From: Armatimonadota bacterium
Lineage (GTDB): Bacteria > Armatimonadota > HRBIN16
Length of the DNA stretch: 64,000 bases
Assembly (NCBI GenBank): GCA_963677485.1
Contig: OY781964.1
Coordinates: forward strand, 1,568,001-1,632,000
Direction of reading: 5' to 3'
Below, one piece after another: positions 61,901-64,000 of the stretch. Made by a program: the position numbers and the translations under genes. Each line of letters starts with the position of its first letter. Positions within the stretch are counted from its first letter, which is position 1. The notes below the pieces were generated by a model that made no database searches, was not told the DNA's origin, and worked only from the letters and a program-made list of their open reading frames with translations.

Positions 61901-62173
61901 AAAAGCCCACTCACTCAGTACTCAGGATCGGGGAGCCAGATCAAAATGCTGCCCGTCTCTGTAGAGGCCACAGGAATCACCACACTGATGGCTGATGCCG
62001 ATGGTCGCGTGTTGAAAATCGACGGACCTAAGTGCGTGGTGAACATCAGCGACCTGTCATCATTCAAAGACTATCGGTTGAAGATTGACGGTCAGGAGAA
62101 GATACTCACCACCGCAGGCGGTGTGCTACGGATTGAGCTGCCCGAAGGCAGCCACACCGTGGAGCGTCTGTAG
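58976..62173 (+). CDS. Large secreted hypothetical protein with a CBM-like beta-sandwich
   Basis: AGGAGG RBS before ATG 58976; signal peptide; DGEWHNYRF...LRFDP module. Confidence 0.75.
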   Translation: MRISSLLAIGGLCCFAALSGQAAEVAPWLKQAPENLPKVTVRWEDAAQQNIFIVEGEQYQCRVGTQPAKILSLTVNGKQTLPQGGSQISFTDAKGQKFLPAPAEYAPSWNVFRGQHWVPADSSRARMNVWSATPYYWDAHLLDIPMVREDILKSAADVAEKPLKEWNFKNGLQGWKNSNNTKVGMGNGTLSVTSTGFDPNFASPACSIKGPVDVVIRMRTLDGGGMSMYWSTVSKGLLGTNVQTVGSNGDGEWHNYRFQIADKETINMLRFDPPSESGKVEVQSVKLYPSLSLAKQDKIIRGEIIFHAYPDQLRIEFRAEPVDGIPAPNTVLLAPFTGKTTDSNWVEESKYDMNRPLITVNDSAAILGDAQSKLTPAGWESPMTGKRPGALWVVKPYQGELKRDLLFVNDLHPLTDSAAKITNGEWLGYEPNSGLYVMHAANAIGQYSFENAYANPMRRVQAGVSLSNDNLPRQIVMKAMTGIGCLEATVITDNNGFPLPTAAFVAKNFAGEMEEPDDSAFGDAYFPMTLSAQDSREFMVQPLMQSWGDHMLKQISSIRFFQIYWHLSTGISETTCFTHNWMQIGKSEVLHIPDFRPLSGPFWAGQPQHACEQWPGFLQYNSGKGRLVFERTIFNSISPNFSHYTNLYHTSDDAAKGSLTIWEIPQRDEMRTFVKMRFDWTKPVAITGDARQNFRWMNVYEFSTPKMLMITAPSGKTVQYAPDLTSKISPLGALMSTQTPFAASSPKVNDYGCVLLVRSFKAKLGGKVYTQAAYSALFDKSNGNWWLSVPEAKLNLKPGDYLEAEVMLMPHAEPTTLTMKPERERKERFGMGWPKVSSSIGTLTNSFPTRVTAKGGVACVNLEGGFDMMPIIVEGLTPGGYPMIWRDGSWQNPQAWGGDGVQIDPDGKGGVRATVLVPIRQGQKFDTYVTDAVCSTGVSAVQEVNGRAVLRSAGSGDWTITSPAWYGPGKNVRDSKSPLTQYSGSGSQIKMLPVSVEATGITTLMADADGRVLKIDGPKCVVNISDLSSFKDYRLKIDGQEKILTTAGGVLRIELPEGSHTVERL

Positions 62174-62370
62174 CCTCACAAATATTCCCTCGGCGCGGCA
62201 GCCTCGCTGCGCCGGGGGATATGCCTCGTTTGACACCCAAATCCCGCATAATCGACACCATACCATACACTTTTTCTATATCCACAGAGGTACATTAAGA
62301 GCATAACCATGAAGCGGTGCTTGATGGTGTCCCATTTTGATCTATACAAACGCTAGAGGAGGGTGCAGTT

Positions 62371-62646
62371 ATGGCAGTCAAAGAGGCCATCGCAAAGCTG
62401 CATGAGATGTGTCAGCGGGGTTCCGTGGTGTTGAGTGATGATGTGCTGGACGAGTTCGTCGACGCATATGGGCTGACCCAGCATCAGTTGTGTGAGGCGA
62501 TTGATGCCGATGAGGGTTTGGAGATTGAAGCCAACATTGCGTTTGAGGATGATGAACCCGAATATGATGAAGACGGTCCGCCGCCAGTGTGGAAGGCCTG
62601 GACACCAGGTCTGAAGCATACCGGCATCACCGTCCGCAAACGGTAA
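62371..62646 (+). CDS. Small acidic hypothetical protein
   Basis: GAGGAGG RBS; 91 aa, D/E-rich. Confidence 0.7.
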   Translation: MAVKEAIAKLHEMCQRGSVVLSDDVLDEFVDAYGLTQHQLCEAIDADEGLEIEANIAFEDDEPEYDEDGPPPVWKAWTPGLKHTGITVRKR

Positions 62647-62703
62647 ACCGCCGCCTTCGGCATCGCAGCCACGGCGAAACAAGAACAAATCTTATATGCC
62701 AGT

Positions 62704-63251
62704 GATGCGTCACGCTGAGGCAACCGAGTGATATGCGAGTTGGCTGTTCGCCTCTATTACAGTCAAGCGTTGGCTGTGTCCGGGGCGGTCTGACCGTAGG
62801 CTAGCGGATGCAGAAGGCTCAAGACCGCGCCGGTCTGGCGGATAACCCTAAAAGATATGTGTCGGAAACAAGCACCCGCCCGTGCTGGTACGGCAGCCCA
62901 TACTGTAACTGATGCGTCACGCTGAGGCGACAGATCGATATGCGAGTGGCTGTTCGCCGCTATTGCAGTCAAGCGTTGCCTATGTCCGGGGCGGTCTGTG
63001 CGTAGGCTAGCGGATGCACAAGGCTCAAGACCGCGCCGGTCTGGCGGATAGCCCTAAAAGATATGTGTCGGGAACAAGACCGGCGCGGTCTATAGACTGT
63101 GGCCTCCACAGGCGTACTGACAGACCGCCCCGGACATAGCCAACCAAGTCAGTTACAAGCGAAGCGCAACCCGTGGAGGGTAGTCCTCCACCATCTACCC
63201 ACGATCGTGGGTCGGATGCTGTGACCATCAGGTGCGACCCACTTCGTGGGT
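62704..63251. repeat. Composite repeat mosaic: tandem ~207-bp duplication with the nested-IR core plus modules shared with 9169-9202 and 40560-40645
   Basis: gatgcgtcacgctgaggc at ~62704 and 62911; core copies at ~62775 (truncated) and ~62977. Confidence 0.85.
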
Positions 63252-63348
63252 GCCCGGAAGGGCTATATGCATGGAAGGGCATTGGATCGTGGTTTTCAGC
63301 CTATAGCATCACATATGCGGGCGACTACCAGCTGCAAAACCGCATGAA

Positions 63349-64000
63349 CTAAGCTGGTAGCGGGAGCCCCATGGCCTGAAGCCACACACGCTGTTTCGCC
63401 ACCCGCTCTTCACCGCTGACCGGCAGGCGTAACGGACGGCCGCGGCCATCGATCAACAGGCCGACCACGCCGCCCTCAACCTCGCAGGTCAGCGGTTTCC
63501 CCTTGCCCGCTCCCACATCGTAACCTCTGGTGGGTTGAATGGTCACACTGCGTTTGACGCCCTCCGCCAGAGGGATCAACTTCAGCTCACCGGATGAAAC
63601 GGCGTAGCTCTGCCCATCCATCTGTAGGATGAGCACGGCTTCGCCATCCTTGCCTGTGCCCACAGGCGAGATGCAACTGCCCAGTTTCACCAGACAGTCG
63701 CGGTGGAACACCTCGGTGGCAGCCTCCGGCGCCACTGTGGCCAGCACACCAAGCTGCGGCATCATGAAGATGCTGTCTACGGCCAGCATGGTCACGCCTT
63801 CAGGCTGGAAGGCATCCACCATCATCAGTGCGGCCTGAGCACGCAGGGGCGCGTGGCTGAGCACACCACCTGAGCCGATGATCATATCCAGCTCCATCAA
63901 GTTGACCAGCGTCGCCCCGGTGTTGCTCTGGCTCATCGCATCGCCGATGGTGCGCTGCTGCTGCACGCCTTTCAAGCCGCGCGCCAGCGATTTATGGTGG
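63349..64000 (-). CDS. Glutamate mutase L (GlmL/MutL)-family protein, 3' part
   Basis: Frame is open to the window edge (HHKSLARGLKGVQ...); IIGSGGVLSHAP, DAFQPEG, MMPQLGVL, GGVVGLLIDGRGRP. Confidence 0.8.
   Translation of the reverse strand, partial: HHKSLARGLKGVQQQRTIGDAMSQSNTGATLVNLMELDMIIGSGGVLSHAPLRAQAALMMVDAFQPEGVTMLAVDSIFMMPQLGVLATVAPEAATEVFHRDCLVKLGSCISPVGTGKDGEAVLILQMDGQSYAVSSGELKLIPLAEGVKRSVTIQPTRGYDVGAGKGKPLTCEVEGGVVGLLIDGRGRPLRLPVSGEERVAKQRVWLQAMGLPLPA

Noticed and set aside
1-64000. Prophage, integrase, transposase, reverse transcriptase (retron/DGR), tRNA or rRNA
   Set aside because: No diagnostic motifs in the ORFs or in the intergenic regions inspected.

Overview
Bacterial chromosomal window. 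The gene content, with many secreted carbohydrate-active proteins, suggests an Armatimonadota/PVC-like organism; this is inference only. The left end (1-5700) is an AT-richer two-gene defence locus resembling type III Druantia: a DruH-like 984-aa protein coupled to a DruE-like DEAH helicase that runs off the window and is missing from the ORF track. Next come an orphan N6/N4 DNA methyltransferase and metK. The metK leader holds a SAM-I/IV-type riboswitch whose promoter, terminator and antiterminator can all be read from the sequence. The 9.5-33 kb stretch is a glycan-degradation region (CE4, GH32, GH55-like, two beta-helix proteins, GH36, two GH29), interrupted by an ABC-ATPase + DUF4276/TOPRIM-like pair. 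It is followed by a PAS/GAF/PocR sensor with no output domain paired with a hybrid histidine kinase, then pyrE, an A-type Fe-S carrier, a MATE pump, an RND efflux operon with MarR and a visible operator, more secreted proteins and the 3' part of a GlmL/MutL-family gene. All six convergent intergenic regions carry mosaics of shared palindromic repeat modules. No CRISPR array, tRNA, rRNA or transposase was seen. All calls come from reading motifs by eye; no database searches were run.
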